A stretch of 64,000 bases of DNA. It comes from Dimorphilus gyrociliatus (Eukaryota; Animalia; Annelida). Shown here one piece after another: positions 24,840 through 36,947 of this stretch. The notes under the pieces are model-generated. The model searched no databases and had not been told where the DNA came from. It saw only the letters and a program-made list of their open reading frames with translations. Both the position numbers and the translations under genes were made by a program. Numbering within the stretch: position 1 is the first letter of the stretch; each line of letters begins with the position of its first letter. The stretch covers positions 1 through 64,000 of the forward strand of contig CAJFCJ010000045.1 of NCBI GenBank assembly GCA_904063045.1, in the 5' to 3' direction.

Positions 24840-25870
24840 TTTGCATAATCCTGTATTTTTATACTAACTATTTGCATAGAACATTATTTATAAAAGCTGA
24901 GAGAATGACGTCAAATTCAAGGGAATTGAACAATGATTATTTACGTTTTGGAACTAGTAGGAGAATCGAAAGGCAATATAGAATATTTGTAAATATTGCT
25001 GCTCAATCATTGAAGGAGATGACATTTTCTCTAAGAAGAACAATTGGATATAGATCTGAGCTATTTTATAGCAATATCTACATTTATTCTCGCTCTTTAT
25101 GGCTATACTGTTGAAGTATTGGAAAAGTATAGATATCAATTAAGAATTCAGCTATTAACCTCATTCCTTTCGCTCTTATTACATAATTACTGTATCTTTT
25201 TGAAATCTGTTTTTTCCTGTCCAAACAACTTCTTAATGTTTTGAAAAGGCCGTTTTACTTTTATTTATGTTTGTCAAAACAGCAAAGATATACGGCTTAC
25301 AGTCTAAAATGCCTTCATCAATTGATCAGTCAAGAAATCCTTCAAATGTTTGTCATCTATTTTGGTGTTGTATATATTTATAAGAGGAGTATGAATAGCT
25401 ATGATTTATTGTATTTTTCATACGACAATATTGACATTTCTTTCAATATTCACTTGTTCCCTTTGCTAGGGATACTTTGGCTTTTATACGCGGATATGGA
25501 CCGTTATGTTCTTTACTTTTCAAATAGCAAAATTGTCGCTTATATTTTCCAAGTTGTAACATTTATAATATGCTATAATGACCGATATGAAAACGCTCTC
25601 TTTATCTTAATTACGCTTTGTCTACTTCATTTTCATATTCATCAGTTTATTGTGTTCTTATCAAGGCTTCTTTATCAATTCTTATTGACAAATATTAAGA
25701 TTGTTTATGATAAATTATTCCCTTCTCCTTTCAATCATGAATACTTGGAGGAAAGTCAAAGGAATTTGAAATATCTTGATGACATTATGAAAAACAACGG
25801 AATTAAACCGCATGCGCTAAGAATTCATAAATAAATAGAAAAGTGAAGAGAGAGAGAGAGAGAACTTTAA
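24840..25870 (+). pseudogene. Collapsed chimeric duplicate of the two adjacent membrane RING genes
   Basis: Colinear fragments of gene A (70 nt identical, 24978-25047 = 26164-26233), more of A, then gene B (121 nt identical, 25347-25467 = 28815-28935), then the intergenic sequence at ~29868-29960. No RING domain is retained, and there are frameshifts. Confidence 0.8.
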
Positions 25871-26000
25871 TGTAGGGCTTTACGGCACTTCAAATCAAAA
25901 TTATACGCCTATTATAACCATCCAATGCTATCAAGTGGTTATTACAGGTATATATTTAGTTATAGAAACGTCCAGTTCAGTAGGAATAAAACAACGTAAA

Positions 26001-27662
26001 ATGATCCCACCACCAGTTTCATTGTTTTGTATAGCAATGTATGTTTATTCTAAATCTTTGGATAGCACATTATTTACGAAAATTGAGAGAACGACGTCAA
26101 ATTCAAGTGAATTGAAAGAGGAATATGTAAATTTTCAAATTAGTAAAAGAGTCCAAAAGGAAAATAGAATATTTGTAAATATTGCTGCTCAATCATTGAA
26201 GGAGATGACATTTTCTCTAAGAAGAACAATTGGCGAAAGTCAAACGTCAGTTTTGAACGATCGATGGACTGATTTTATTAACTCGAAGAGAGAATTTGAC
26301 GTAGAAATTGAAGAACATAATTGCTCAACTAGTACAGACATTTGCGACGTTCAATCTCAAATCAGCTATGTTCTATATCCAGATAAAAAGAATCACTTGA
26401 TTAATAAGCCAATAATAATAGATTCGTACACTGAGGAATCTGCGGAATCATTGGACGAATGGTTGAATATTTTAATGAGTAATCGTTTAAAGATCATTGT
26501 ATTTATTGATTCTGTTGAAGATTTCAATGTTTTTCGTTCAGTAAGTGAAGCTAAAACGTTATCAGTTACATCCGACTACTCTTCCAGTCTACAATTTGAA
26601 TATTTAAATAGTCTTCAGTATAGTATTTATGGGATTATTTATTCAGGAGCAACGATTGGCCGACAAATAAGAAGTGAATATCTACCGTACGAAACGGATG
26701 TTGATTACGTAGTAAGAGGATATCATCCAAATAAAACGGATATAGATCTTTGTTATTTCATATTAATATTTCTATTTATTAAACATTTGTATAGATGTAC
26801 TGTTGGGGTGTTGGTGAAATATGGATTTCGTCTAAAATTCTATTTATTATTTAATATTTTAAAAATGATATCTGTCTATTTATCAATCAAGTTTGTCCAT
26901 TCTTATTTCACCAACAATATCAATTTAGTATATTTCTCACATTTCGGATATTCAACTTGCACCAGAGATTACATCTTGGCTTGTATTAGCTTTTACGCGT
27001 GTGGTATGCTTTACTTTTTCCCTATAATACCATTTAAGATAGCAAAATTTATTTACTATTCCATTTTTATTGCTCTAATATTTTGTCGATTCACCATGGT
27101 TGTTTATCACTTGGCGTCATTTATTATTTTTGACTTGACTGCTGACCTTGTTTTTATATTCGGTTTGAGACTTTTCAAGCTAATTCTTACTGCTCTAAAA
27201 AAGCATCTCTACTTTTATTTATGTTTGTCAAAACAACAAAGATATACGGCTTATAGTCTACAATGCCTTAATCAATTGATAAGTGAAGAAATCCTTCAAA
27301 CGCTAACGGAGTACAATAAAATACAGCTACTTTCAGAATATGGACGAGAATACGTTTGTCAAGTTTATAAGGATAGATCGAGTGCCGGCATACACCATAT
27401 AGAATGCCAAAGTGACAAATATAGGCCAATTTTAAGGGGAATTCAAGGGGAATATGTCCAATTCTACACTCGGAAAGGTATTGTAAACAGAATGGGTACT
27501 TGCAAACTTTGTAACTATGAGCAGAATGATAGAGAACATTCAACTCAACTACTTTGCGATCATATTTATCATAATAATTGCTTAACAAAATTAGTAAAGA
27601 GTGGTATGATGAGATGTGTATTATGTAAAATTCCATTCGATAAGATCTATATGCCGAGTTAA
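26001..27662 (+). CDS. Multi-pass membrane RING-H2 E3 ubiquitin ligase-like protein A
   Basis: First in-frame ATG at 26001, N-terminal hydrophobic segment, ~240-aa soluble domain, several TM helices, C-terminal CKLC...LLCDHIYHNNC...CVLC (C3H2C3). Confidence 0.8.
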   Translation: MIPPPVSLFCIAMYVYSKSLDSTLFTKIERTTSNSSELKEEYVNFQISKRVQKENRIFVNIAAQSLKEMTFSLRRTIGESQTSVLNDRWTDFINSKREFDVEIEEHNCSTSTDICDVQSQISYVLYPDKKNHLINKPIIIDSYTEESAESLDEWLNILMSNRLKIIVFIDSVEDFNVFRSVSEAKTLSVTSDYSSSLQFEYLNSLQYSIYGIIYSGATIGRQIRSEYLPYETDVDYVVRGYHPNKTDIDLCYFILIFLFIKHLYRCTVGVLVKYGFRLKFYLLFNILKMISVYLSIKFVHSYFTNNINLVYFSHFGYSTCTRDYILACISFYACGMLYFFPIIPFKIAKFIYYSIFIALIFCRFTMVVYHLASFIIFDLTADLVFIFGLRLFKLILTALKKHLYFYLCLSKQQRYTAYSLQCLNQLISEEILQTLTEYNKIQLLSEYGREYVCQVYKDRSSAGIHHIECQSDKYRPILRGIQGEYVQFYTRKGIVNRMGTCKLCNYEQNDREHSTQLLCDHIYHNNCLTKLVKSGMMRCVLCKIPFDKIYMPS

Positions 27663-27940
27663 ATTCATTCAATTTAGTATTTGCATATTTTTTATATCTA
27701 TAATAAATATTTTTGTCACAATAATTCGGTGTTTTTCTTTAAATTATTCTTATTCAAAATTTTTACATTAGACGCTTTTAAATGTTTTACTTTCAACTAC
27801 TTTCGAAGTAAAACGTTCAAATACGATTTAGTAGTTATTTCTAATAATAGTTAAAATGACGACTATCAGTGGTTATTCTACTTATATTACTGTGGTTATT
27901 GTATGTATCGAAAGTATAAAACACTATTCAATTATTTAAC

Positions 27941-29638
27941 ATGAACTTTCTTATGGTGATCTTCTCTCTTTTTAATATCTTTGTCTACAATTATCTCCAT
28001 ATAGTAACTTATCAATCCACTAACGGATCATACAACCAATCGAACCCTTCTCAACAGATTTTTAATTTTCATCATCGTAAAAGAATTGAAATAGAAAATA
28101 ACGTCTATATTCGCCTACCAATTCAATTCTTTAGTGAAAATAGTTTTTCATTAATAAGAATTGTAGGTAATAATCAACGCGACAACAGTTCGCATCTCAA
28201 TAGACAATGGAACGATTTCATTAGCTTGAATAGTCAATATCCTATCGATATTGAAGAATACAACTATGGAACTAATCTGGAAATTGATAATCTAACCGGC
28301 GCCGATGGATCGTCATCCATCGTCTATGTTGTGTACTGGAATAAGGAAAGAAAGTATAAACCATTGCTTATCGGTTCGTATTCAACTGATTCTTCGCAAT
28401 CGATTGATGAATGGTTAGATGATTTAACGAATAATCGTCTGAAAATCATGCTATTTATTCAATCAATTAATGATTTTAAACATTTCTCTTCTTCAATCGT
28501 TCAAACTAGAACACTGATTGTTAAGTCAGATTATTCTTCATATCTTCCAATTCAACAATTGAATTCATTTCGCTGCGGTATTTTCGGAATTATCAACTCG
28601 AATTCATCAGTTGGCCGTGAATTGATAAGAGATTATCTACCGGTGGAAAGAAAAGATGTTGAATATATTATTGACAAGAGAACTACTCGTAAATTAGATG
28701 AAGATTATATAACTATCATTTTTTCCTTCATCATTTTGGTGGCTATTCATCTACATCTTTCATTTAAGATGCCTAACATTCTTCATCCGTGGTTCTACAT
28801 GTCGTTACATTCGGTGTTTGTCATCTATTTTGGTGTTGTATATATTTATAAGAGGAGTATGAATAGCTATGATTTATTGTATTTTTCATACGACAATATT
28901 GACATTTCTTTCAATATTCACTTGTTCCCTTTGCTGGGTTTGTTTTGGCTTTTATACGCAGATATGGATCATTATGTTGAAAAGATTTTAAGTAATAGCA
29001 TGATAAAGAGACTTGACTATTTATTCACAACTTTAATATTTGTTCTATATTTTACTATATCGCGTCAAAACATTGTCTTTATCCTGATTGTGCTATCTCT
29101 ACTCCATTTTCACATTCATCAATTGTTTGCAAGTTTGTCCTATTTTCTTCATATCGTATGGACATTAATCCGTCAATTACGTTCTCTTTTGCCTTATTCT
29201 TTTCGAAGCTACGTTGAAAGTGAAAAAAATTTGAATAACCTTTATGAAATTATGAAAAACAACGGAATTAAACCGTTACCTGAAGACAAAATGAAACAGC
29301 TGGTTAACGATAATGAAAACATTTTTAATCAATCAGTTGACGAGCTACAATTATCTACGGCACAAATAATGACGTTAATTGAAGCGGCAGAAAGGTATAG
29401 GCCTGTTGAGTTAGTGTTTGAAGAAAATATAAAACTTTACGCCCAAAAGGAAATAACTAGAGTGAATTTTGAGAAGAATGATATCTGTTCAATTTGTCAT
29501 GAGAGGCATACACTTCTGCAATCTATTCAGTTATGTTGTGATCATATTTTTCATATTACCTGTATTGTAAATGTAAAGAAGTATGGAAGAAATGTGTGTC
29601 CTTTGTGCCAGACGAGATTTGATATAATAACTGTATAG
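27941..29638 (+). CDS. Multi-pass membrane RING-H2 E3 ubiquitin ligase-like protein B, paralog of A
   Basis: Same layout as A. Shared motifs: RWxDFI, SIDEWL...NRLKI, SDYSS, GRxIxxxYLP. C-terminal CSIC...LCCDHIFHITC...CPLC. Confidence 0.82.
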   Translation: MNFLMVIFSLFNIFVYNYLHIVTYQSTNGSYNQSNPSQQIFNFHHRKRIEIENNVYIRLPIQFFSENSFSLIRIVGNNQRDNSSHLNRQWNDFISLNSQYPIDIEEYNYGTNLEIDNLTGADGSSSIVYVVYWNKERKYKPLLIGSYSTDSSQSIDEWLDDLTNNRLKIMLFIQSINDFKHFSSSIVQTRTLIVKSDYSSYLPIQQLNSFRCGIFGIINSNSSVGRELIRDYLPVERKDVEYIIDKRTTRKLDEDYITIIFSFIILVAIHLHLSFKMPNILHPWFYMSLHSVFVIYFGVVYIYKRSMNSYDLLYFSYDNIDISFNIHLFPLLGLFWLLYADMDHYVEKILSNSMIKRLDYLFTTLIFVLYFTISRQNIVFILIVLSLLHFHIHQLFASLSYFLHIVWTLIRQLRSLLPYSFRSYVESEKNLNNLYEIMKNNGIKPLPEDKMKQLVNDNENIFNQSVDELQLSTAQIMTLIEAAERYRPVELVFEENIKLYAQKEITRVNFEKNDICSICHERHTLLQSIQLCCDHIFHITCIVNVKKYGRNVCPLCQTRFDIITV

Positions 29639-29850
29639 CTTAATGGAATGTCTACAACCCGTTGTTGTTATTACCTTTTGTGTGCTAATTAAATATGCTT
29701 ATTGAGTTTTTTGAATGTGTAGATTCATTTTGTAAATGAAGAATGTATACAATAGTCTTGTAAGGTAGGAACAACGTCATAATCCTCTCAACTTATCATT
29801 CTTGAAATTGTGTAAATCAGCTTTGTTCTTAATGTCAATACGCAAGAGAG

Positions 29851-29920
29851 CGGAAGTATAAACACGCGCATGCGCTAAGAATTGATTAATAAATAGAAAA
29901 GTGAGGATAGAGAGAGAGAC

Positions 29921-29950
<30 letters not shown>
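29851..29950 (+). promoter_or_regulatory. Candidate promoter cluster: ETS (CGGAAGT), NRF1-like palindrome (GCGCATGCGC), GA-repeat
   Basis: CGGAAGT at 29851-29857, GCGCATGCGC at 29866-29875, (GA)n at ~29908-29950, about 100-200 nt upstream of ATG 30049. Confidence 0.4.
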
Positions 29951-29951
<1 letters not shown>

Positions 29952-30048
29952 AGGACTCTAAATCATGGACACACCAAATTAAATTGAGATTAGAATAGAT
30001 TTTGAAAATGTTAATGATTTGTTTCGAATGGTGTTTTTTTTATTAAAT

Positions 30049-31314
30049 ATGTCTGTTTATTGTTTACAACAAATATGTCTGAAGATAATTAATAGAAATA
30101 TTCCATTACTGCTTGAATTGAAAGAGAGAAATAGTATCAAATTACCTTTTGGTATCTATAAAACCCTATTCAATTATATATCAAACTGCAAGAAATCTTT
30201 GAATGAAGATGACGTGAAATTCTTTATCGGATATTTTCAATGTTCACCCAGTTTGGAATTATTTCAATATCAATTTCAAAATATTAATAATTTAAGTTTC
30301 CTACAAGGAAATCGTCTAACAAATTTATCTCTAAATGGATTCAATAATTTTGAAAAACTTGAACTGAATTCTTCAATAAATCAAATTCAAATTCAACAAT
30401 GTTCACTTGATTTTCATAATTCAATTATTCTAAGTAACCAATTGAAATGTTGCTTTTCCATTGAGATATTCGATTTTGAAATAAACGTTTGCCAACAAGA
30501 GATTCCTTTGGAGAAAACTGGTTTGGAAGTGATTTTTCAAGCGTTGAAATTCTCTTGCAATACACTCGTCCATTTTAGATTAAAGTGTAACGTTATCACT
30601 GAAAATGAAATGAAAATTTTGGGTAAAATATTAAAATCTTGCCGGAAACTCGAAAGTTTTACATTGGAGATTGATTATACACCGTTCAGAAATTTAAAAA
30701 CTCATCTACACTATCTAATGAGAGGTATTGAAATATCTTGGTTTAGAAGAAAGTATAGCCTGTACGAAAAATGCCTACTCTACTACCGGAAAAGGAAGAT
30801 AATTAACGCAATGAACGGCGAAATGAAGATTAACGGTATAAAGTCAATATGTAACGGATTAAAGTCGTCGAATGAAACGTTACATTCATTGGAGATACCG
30901 TATTTAAAGATTGATAAGAATTTGAATAGTCTGTTGAAAAGTTGTAAAAGATTAAAGAATCTTACACTAAACACGTTTAGAATCGATAAAAGTAAATTAA
31001 AAGTTCTATTGGAAAGTTTAAAATCGTCTTGTAGAACTTTGGAAGTTTTATACTTGAATTTTTCAATTCTATTCAATCAATTACATTTGATTAAAGACTT
31101 TTTAACTTGTTGTCTATCGTTAAAAATATTATATCTATCATTCCACGGTGCAAAGAAACTGGATAAACTTCAAACTAAAAATGATATTCTCTTCTCATGT
31201 TCGAATCTATTGCGTAACGACTGCAAAATTATTTTAAGGAGAATAAAATTCTTCTCGCCTCCCCAATCCTATCAAACTCTATTGTTTAGGCAATCCAGTT
31301 TTGACGATGTTTAA
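30049..31314 (+). CDS. LRR protein with N-terminal BC-box/cullin-box-like motif (ZYG-11/PRAME-type layout)
   Basis: MSVYCLQQICLKIINRNI...LPFGIYKTLFNYI followed by RNI-like LRRs including ICNGLKSSNETL. Confidence 0.7.
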   Translation: MSVYCLQQICLKIINRNIPLLLELKERNSIKLPFGIYKTLFNYISNCKKSLNEDDVKFFIGYFQCSPSLELFQYQFQNINNLSFLQGNRLTNLSLNGFNNFEKLELNSSINQIQIQQCSLDFHNSIILSNQLKCCFSIEIFDFEINVCQQEIPLEKTGLEVIFQALKFSCNTLVHFRLKCNVITENEMKILGKILKSCRKLESFTLEIDYTPFRNLKTHLHYLMRGIEISWFRRKYSLYEKCLLYYRKRKIINAMNGEMKINGIKSICNGLKSSNETLHSLEIPYLKIDKNLNSLLKSCKRLKNLTLNTFRIDKSKLKVLLESLKSSCRTLEVLYLNFSILFNQLHLIKDFLTCCLSLKILYLSFHGAKKLDKLQTKNDILFSCSNLLRNDCKIILRRIKFFSPPQSYQTLLFRQSSFDDV

Positions 31315-31551
31315 AACTTTCTTTAATAAAATCAATCATTCAACATTTTTGTGAGCGCTTTTCTTTATATTACTGTAATATCAACCACTGATTACGAAAG
31401 TGAAAGTAGAAATGGGAGTTAATCAATTTCTATGTATTATGCGTTGTCAGGTGTAATTCAATAATCTGCGGCTATTTAACAAGGCGACAGCTTAATAACG
31501 CTAGCATTATTTGCTGAATAGTTTTATTTAGCTAGGACTAGAGAAACGTAG

Positions 31552-34500
31552 ATGGAGCAATTCTTCGGAAGCATTATTAACGCGAACAATGGCAATAACG
31601 CGAAAACCAACTTTCAAGTGTTGAAAACTGAACAAGTGCTCACAAATCAAATTAAACATCTATTAGAAGGTATCGAACTTGACGTAATTATCGTCTGCTA
31701 TTCATCCATTCAAAAGAATTGAACAATGAGAATGGAGAACGCACGGGACTTACTTATAAGTATAAATTTATATCTATATGCGATACATATAAACTAAAAC
31801 CGGAAATGCGAGTATTCAATAAGGAAATTGAACAAAACACTATCGGAAACTTTGTTCACGTTGATCAGTTATATTTCCTTGAGGATTACAATGACGATAC
31901 GCTATGGAGAAATGCTGAAAAGTTGAGCAACGATGGAAATGTTCCATATTTATATTTTGCGTTTGGTAGCGATTACAACGTTGCTGTAAAAACGTCTGCA
32001 ATTCTGGAAAGAAACTATCATGTTCTATGGTTTAAAAATGATAGAGAATCATCAAGTATAATTGATGAATTGTGTGAGAATAAAGATTATTTAGTAACAA
32101 TTGGCGACGATATAGGAAACACTCTTACGAAATATATCATACGTGTAATTCCATGGAGTAGAATCACTTTTAAAAACAGATCTAATAATTTTGTTGTAGA
32201 TTGTCGACGGTTCGACTGCAATAGCGATAATATATTAAAAGATAACTTTTGTCCTGAATTGATTATATTATTAAATAATGAGTTTAAAAATGAAATAACC
32301 GACGATGCAAAGAGCGAATTGATAGATAATTTAAGAAAACATACAGTTCTACTTTTGACAGATATTCTAACAGAAGAACTGAAGGATTATGGTATTGAAT
32401 TAGTAAGAACTATCTATAATAAATACACTTCAAATCATTCAGCTATCGTAGGTGGACATGTTCAGATGAGGAAGATTATCTTTACATTAGATGCCGAAGA
32501 ATTTTATCATTCTACCGACATCCGATGGATGAATAGATCGGAAAATTCAGACGACAACCACATCTATTTATATTTCGATAAGATTTTAATCAACGATATA
32601 ATTGGACGATTGGTCAATCTATTCGTTGAAAATAAGCGTTTACCGCCAGTTGTAACTTTTCGAGATAACTGTAATATTCCTATAAAAGTTATTGAAACTA
32701 TAGAAAGGGAAAGCTACTTCTTAGACTTTAAAGTCGATTCAAAATTTAAAACTTACATCTACCGCCTTTTTTTCTTGGAAAACAGTTTCAATTTTCAAGA
32801 TAACGAAGATAACGAAACGAAAAAAGTATACTATGAAATTGCGCACAAAAAGAGCATCTTAAGATACGCTTTTAGGCAATTGATCAATAAGAATCAATTA
32901 CCTTTTACCGATAGTTTTGTCCTGTCTTTTCTTTGCAATACGGACACAACTTTAGACTTTATGGCCGAGACGGCGCAGACTATTAAAGAGAATATAAAAG
33001 AGACGCTAACCCTTTTTAATCCATGCATTCTTACAAATGGTTTAAATCACGGTCTATCTGAATATATTGGAAATCTGATTGATCAGATGTGTTGTATAGG
33101 TATAGTATATAAATCGGAAAATTCACAAACCGGATATATAACTACGAATGAAATAGAAGACGTTAAACCGCACTTGAATCCTAAACATAATTGTTTTCTC
33201 TTTGTAAAAGCTTCAATACATGAAGAATTAGAAGAAAATGGTATAGACACATTCATAACTAAAGGAAATTCTAGAGAATGCGTTTCGCTAATACTAGGCG
33301 GAGATTTCAATACACTAAAAGAAATTGTCAAGAGAATACAGAGTAAGACAAGAGTTGTTGTTATCGCTAATTCGGGTCATTTAGCCGAATATATATCTAT
33401 AAGACAAGAAAATCGAAGAGAAGATAACAACAACTTTTATAAAGGTTTGAGTAAATCTGAAAAGACGGATTGCGATAAATATATTGAATTTATATTGAAA
33501 TCTGAATGGTTAAAAGTTGTTCGATTAGAGAAGAAAGACGATTTGAAAAATGCACTACAATCGTTCGTTTATAACGGTAAAATTAAATTCGACGATGGAT
33601 GCGAAGGTTCCTATCATAAACTTAAGGGAAACTCTGATATACTTAGAGTTTGTAAGCAATTGTTTGCCGAACAATCTCTTAGGAATACGAATTTACTTAT
33701 AACGTTCAACAACAGTTGGGAGAATGACGATCTAAGTAGGGAATTTCTGTATAACTTTGAAGAGGCTTTCTATATTGTACTCAAAGATTATTCACCTTTA
33801 ATCTTGACCGACGGACTACCCAGCGGAATAACTAATATCGTTGTTAAAACGTTAAAGTTAATTGGTGAAAAAAGAATTGAATGCTACGGCATTTTACCAT
33901 TATCTATTGGAAACGATTGGAATGAACCGGAAGTTCAATTGAATTTTAAAAATAGGCGTTTATGCAATTATCATAGACGCTTTTTCGCCTCAACAGACGA
34001 TAAAGTTCGGAATATTGAAACTAAATTGCAACTTTGCGAACAGATAAGAAGAGAGTATAGACAGATAAAACCGACCGTGTTGTTATCTATACTTTTTGTA
34101 ATTGGCGGTAAACTATTCGACGCCATAACAGACGTTTTTACAGCGTCTTTGCGTCGAGAAGAACACAAGATATTTATATTTAAAAATTCTGGAAAATCTT
34201 CAACATTCCTCGTAAAATTCTACGAAAGAACGAAAAACCTACAAGAAATCTATAGTCGACGCGAAGAATGGATAAAAGAGTTGAAAGGTGCCGGCATTGA
34301 AGACTCCCAATTGGATACATCCTGGAATAACCTGGTTGACATTCACAAGAAACTAGAAGATATTTATACAATCAACTTGATTTCTACAACCGAAAACGAA
34401 CTAACATTAGCAATCAACGGTATTAATCCGTCAATTAATGAAGATAGGGAAGATTCATTGGAAGAAGCGTTAATCAACGATAACGTTAATCATTTAAAAA

Positions 34501-36691
34501 AACTACATAACAACGATCAGACGATTATTGAGACAATCTACGTGGACGATCTACTACATTCGTTGTACTACGAAAGGGAGAAATCCGAATTTCTATCCGA
34601 AATATTAAGGCATTTCTTACAGTTTCTTTCAACTCCAAACAAAGATATTATTACGGATTCTATCAAAGAAGAAATTACAAATATATCTAGATTATTTCAA
34701 GACGATAGCGAAATATTATCGCTAATTGACAATTATCATTCGGCCAAGAAAGAATTCTCGCAATTACTATCGACCATAGAAGATGAACGATCCCAAAAAA
34801 AGAAGAGAAAGGAGAAGGGAAGCGCTTACGAATTGAAAAGATTTCAACCTAAAGGACTATTGAGTAAGCGTTGTATTGATAAGCTAAAAAGACTTTTAAA
34901 GGTATTACTATCGCCTAAATGCAAAGAACATTACAGATCGGGAATTCATATAGTTGTACATAATGTTAAAACTATACTAGAAATAAACCAAAACCTTTAT
35001 AAGTGCAGTTTCTTCAAAGCTTTTAAACTAGTCGCCAAACAGTATAATTCAGATTTTGATTTGTACGAAAATAGCTTTCTGGATTGGAAATGCTCGAAGA
35101 AAAGATGGATTTTTCTATGGGCAATCGTTAGCGATAAAGCCAAAGTTGCAGATTATTTTTGGGTTAAGGGAGAAAGTTCGATAAGATACGCACTCTTTGC
35201 AGTTGGAATTTTAAAATGTTCTTTAAATACTGAAAATGATATTGTACTCTCAACGGAAATGTCTAAAAGACAAGATCTATGGGAGAGGAGAGCTTGCGGA
35301 AATCTGGAACATTGTTACGCGTTAAACAGTTCAAAAGGATTTGAAGTTAGCGCTACAAAATCGAAAGAATGGGAAAATAAAAATATGCTCCAACTGGCTA
35401 GATCCGTTGAATCGTTAACATTTTTTGAAAATCCTCTCTGCCAAAGATACTTGAATAATAAATGGAAAGGGAGAAGAATATTCCTATCGGCAAGATTAAA
35501 GTTTACTATCTATTCGGTAAGTAATTTAATCAGCCTACATCCATTGTATTTCCAGTTTACAGTTGACCACTTTTAAACAGTCTTTCTACATTTTCTTTGT
35601 CATGTTATTCTCCTACTTTTACCTTATCGACCTGAAACCTTTGGAGAATGGCTCTCTGCCATTAAGCGAAAAAATCACCTACGCTTGGTTTCTCTATATT
35701 CTAATCGAAGAAATCATTCAAGTTTAGTTATTAAAGTCAAGACGATATTGCGCAATAATCAATGTTTTTTTTTTGTTTTTTTGCTTTTTTCCAGTTTATA
35801 CAAACGGATTCGCCGGGGTTTGTTCATAAATCTCTAGACTATTTCAAAGGCTTTTGGAATATATACGATTGTATAATGTATTGTCTATTTATAATATCGT
35901 TTATATTAAGATTTTGTATTGGCGAGGACCTATTTGAATTAACCAGAAGTTTCTTTTGCGTAACGGTGGCGTTGTTCTATATCAGATGTCTGCAATTTTT
36001 ACTTGCATTCGAAAGATTTGGGCCAAAGATTATCATGATTTTTAAAATGATTATGGACTCTTTTAATATTCTACCTATATTTCTTGTTGCTTTATTATCG
36101 TTCGGAGTACCGATTCTAGGACTTTTATATCCTAATTCTCCGTTTAACTTTTGGATTATTAAAGATATTATGTTTATTCCATATTGGCAAATCTACGGAG
36201 AATTATTCTTAGAAGAGATTGAAGGAAGTAGCGAACAAGTGTGCAATTCACCGGTTAACAGCAGTGGCCGTTGTCCAAGGAAAACAATACTAGCAATCGT
36301 TATTACTGGAGTATACGTGTTTATAACAAACATGATTCTTGTTAATTTACTTATCGCCATGTTTTCTAGCACTTATGATACAATTCAACAGAAAGCCGGA
36401 ATGTATTATCGATATAGAAATTACGATCTTATCAATGAATTCTATAAGAGAGAGTTTCTCTTCACAATTCCAATCAATTTATTATTACCCTATTGGATTC
36501 CTTGCCATTCCAACAACAACAACAATATAAAGGAGATCAATGATAACGACAACGACGATTATGATAAAGCTTTTAGCGGTGGTAAACGTGTCAATCATGA
36601 AGAATTCCGCGGTTTATTGAGATATTTGAATAGGAATGAACAGGATATAATTAAGAATGTCATTGACTCCGAAGATCAAAGGAGAGCGTGA
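31552..36691 (+). CDS. Intact TRPM-family channel, join(31552..31669,31717..35516,35581..35721,35795..36691), about 1651 aa
   Basis: Phase-consistent GT-AG introns; the 141-nt S1-S2 exon has the same length as in the minus-strand TRPM. SLOG-like repeats, YLNNKWKG, DYFKGFWNIYD, LLYPN, IPYWQIYGELFLEEI, LVNLLIAMFSSTY. No NUDT9-H or kinase domain is visible at the C-terminus. Confidence 0.9.
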
Positions 36692-36947
36692 AGCATCATT
36701 TTCATTCAATTTCTTTCTTTTAACACTCAGAGTTAACCGTGCAGTATTGCGGTATTGCGGTATTGCTGTATGTCACAATAATCTAAACTAAACTACGCAA
36801 GCCTTTTTTCACGTAGCGAATACTTATCTTGAATTATTATCGAAAACTAATCTAATTTACTATATGTGATGTCCACAACGTATAAAAAAATAAATATAGA
36901 TGCAGACGACCTAACTTTCAATGCTTGTGAACGGCTCTACTCGAAGT

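Noticed and set aside
4190-36691. Prokaryotic defence island (SLOG-TM effectors plus NACHT/STAND sensors)
   Set aside because: The genes have spliceosomal introns and metazoan TRPM/NLR hallmarks; the resemblance is by analogy only.
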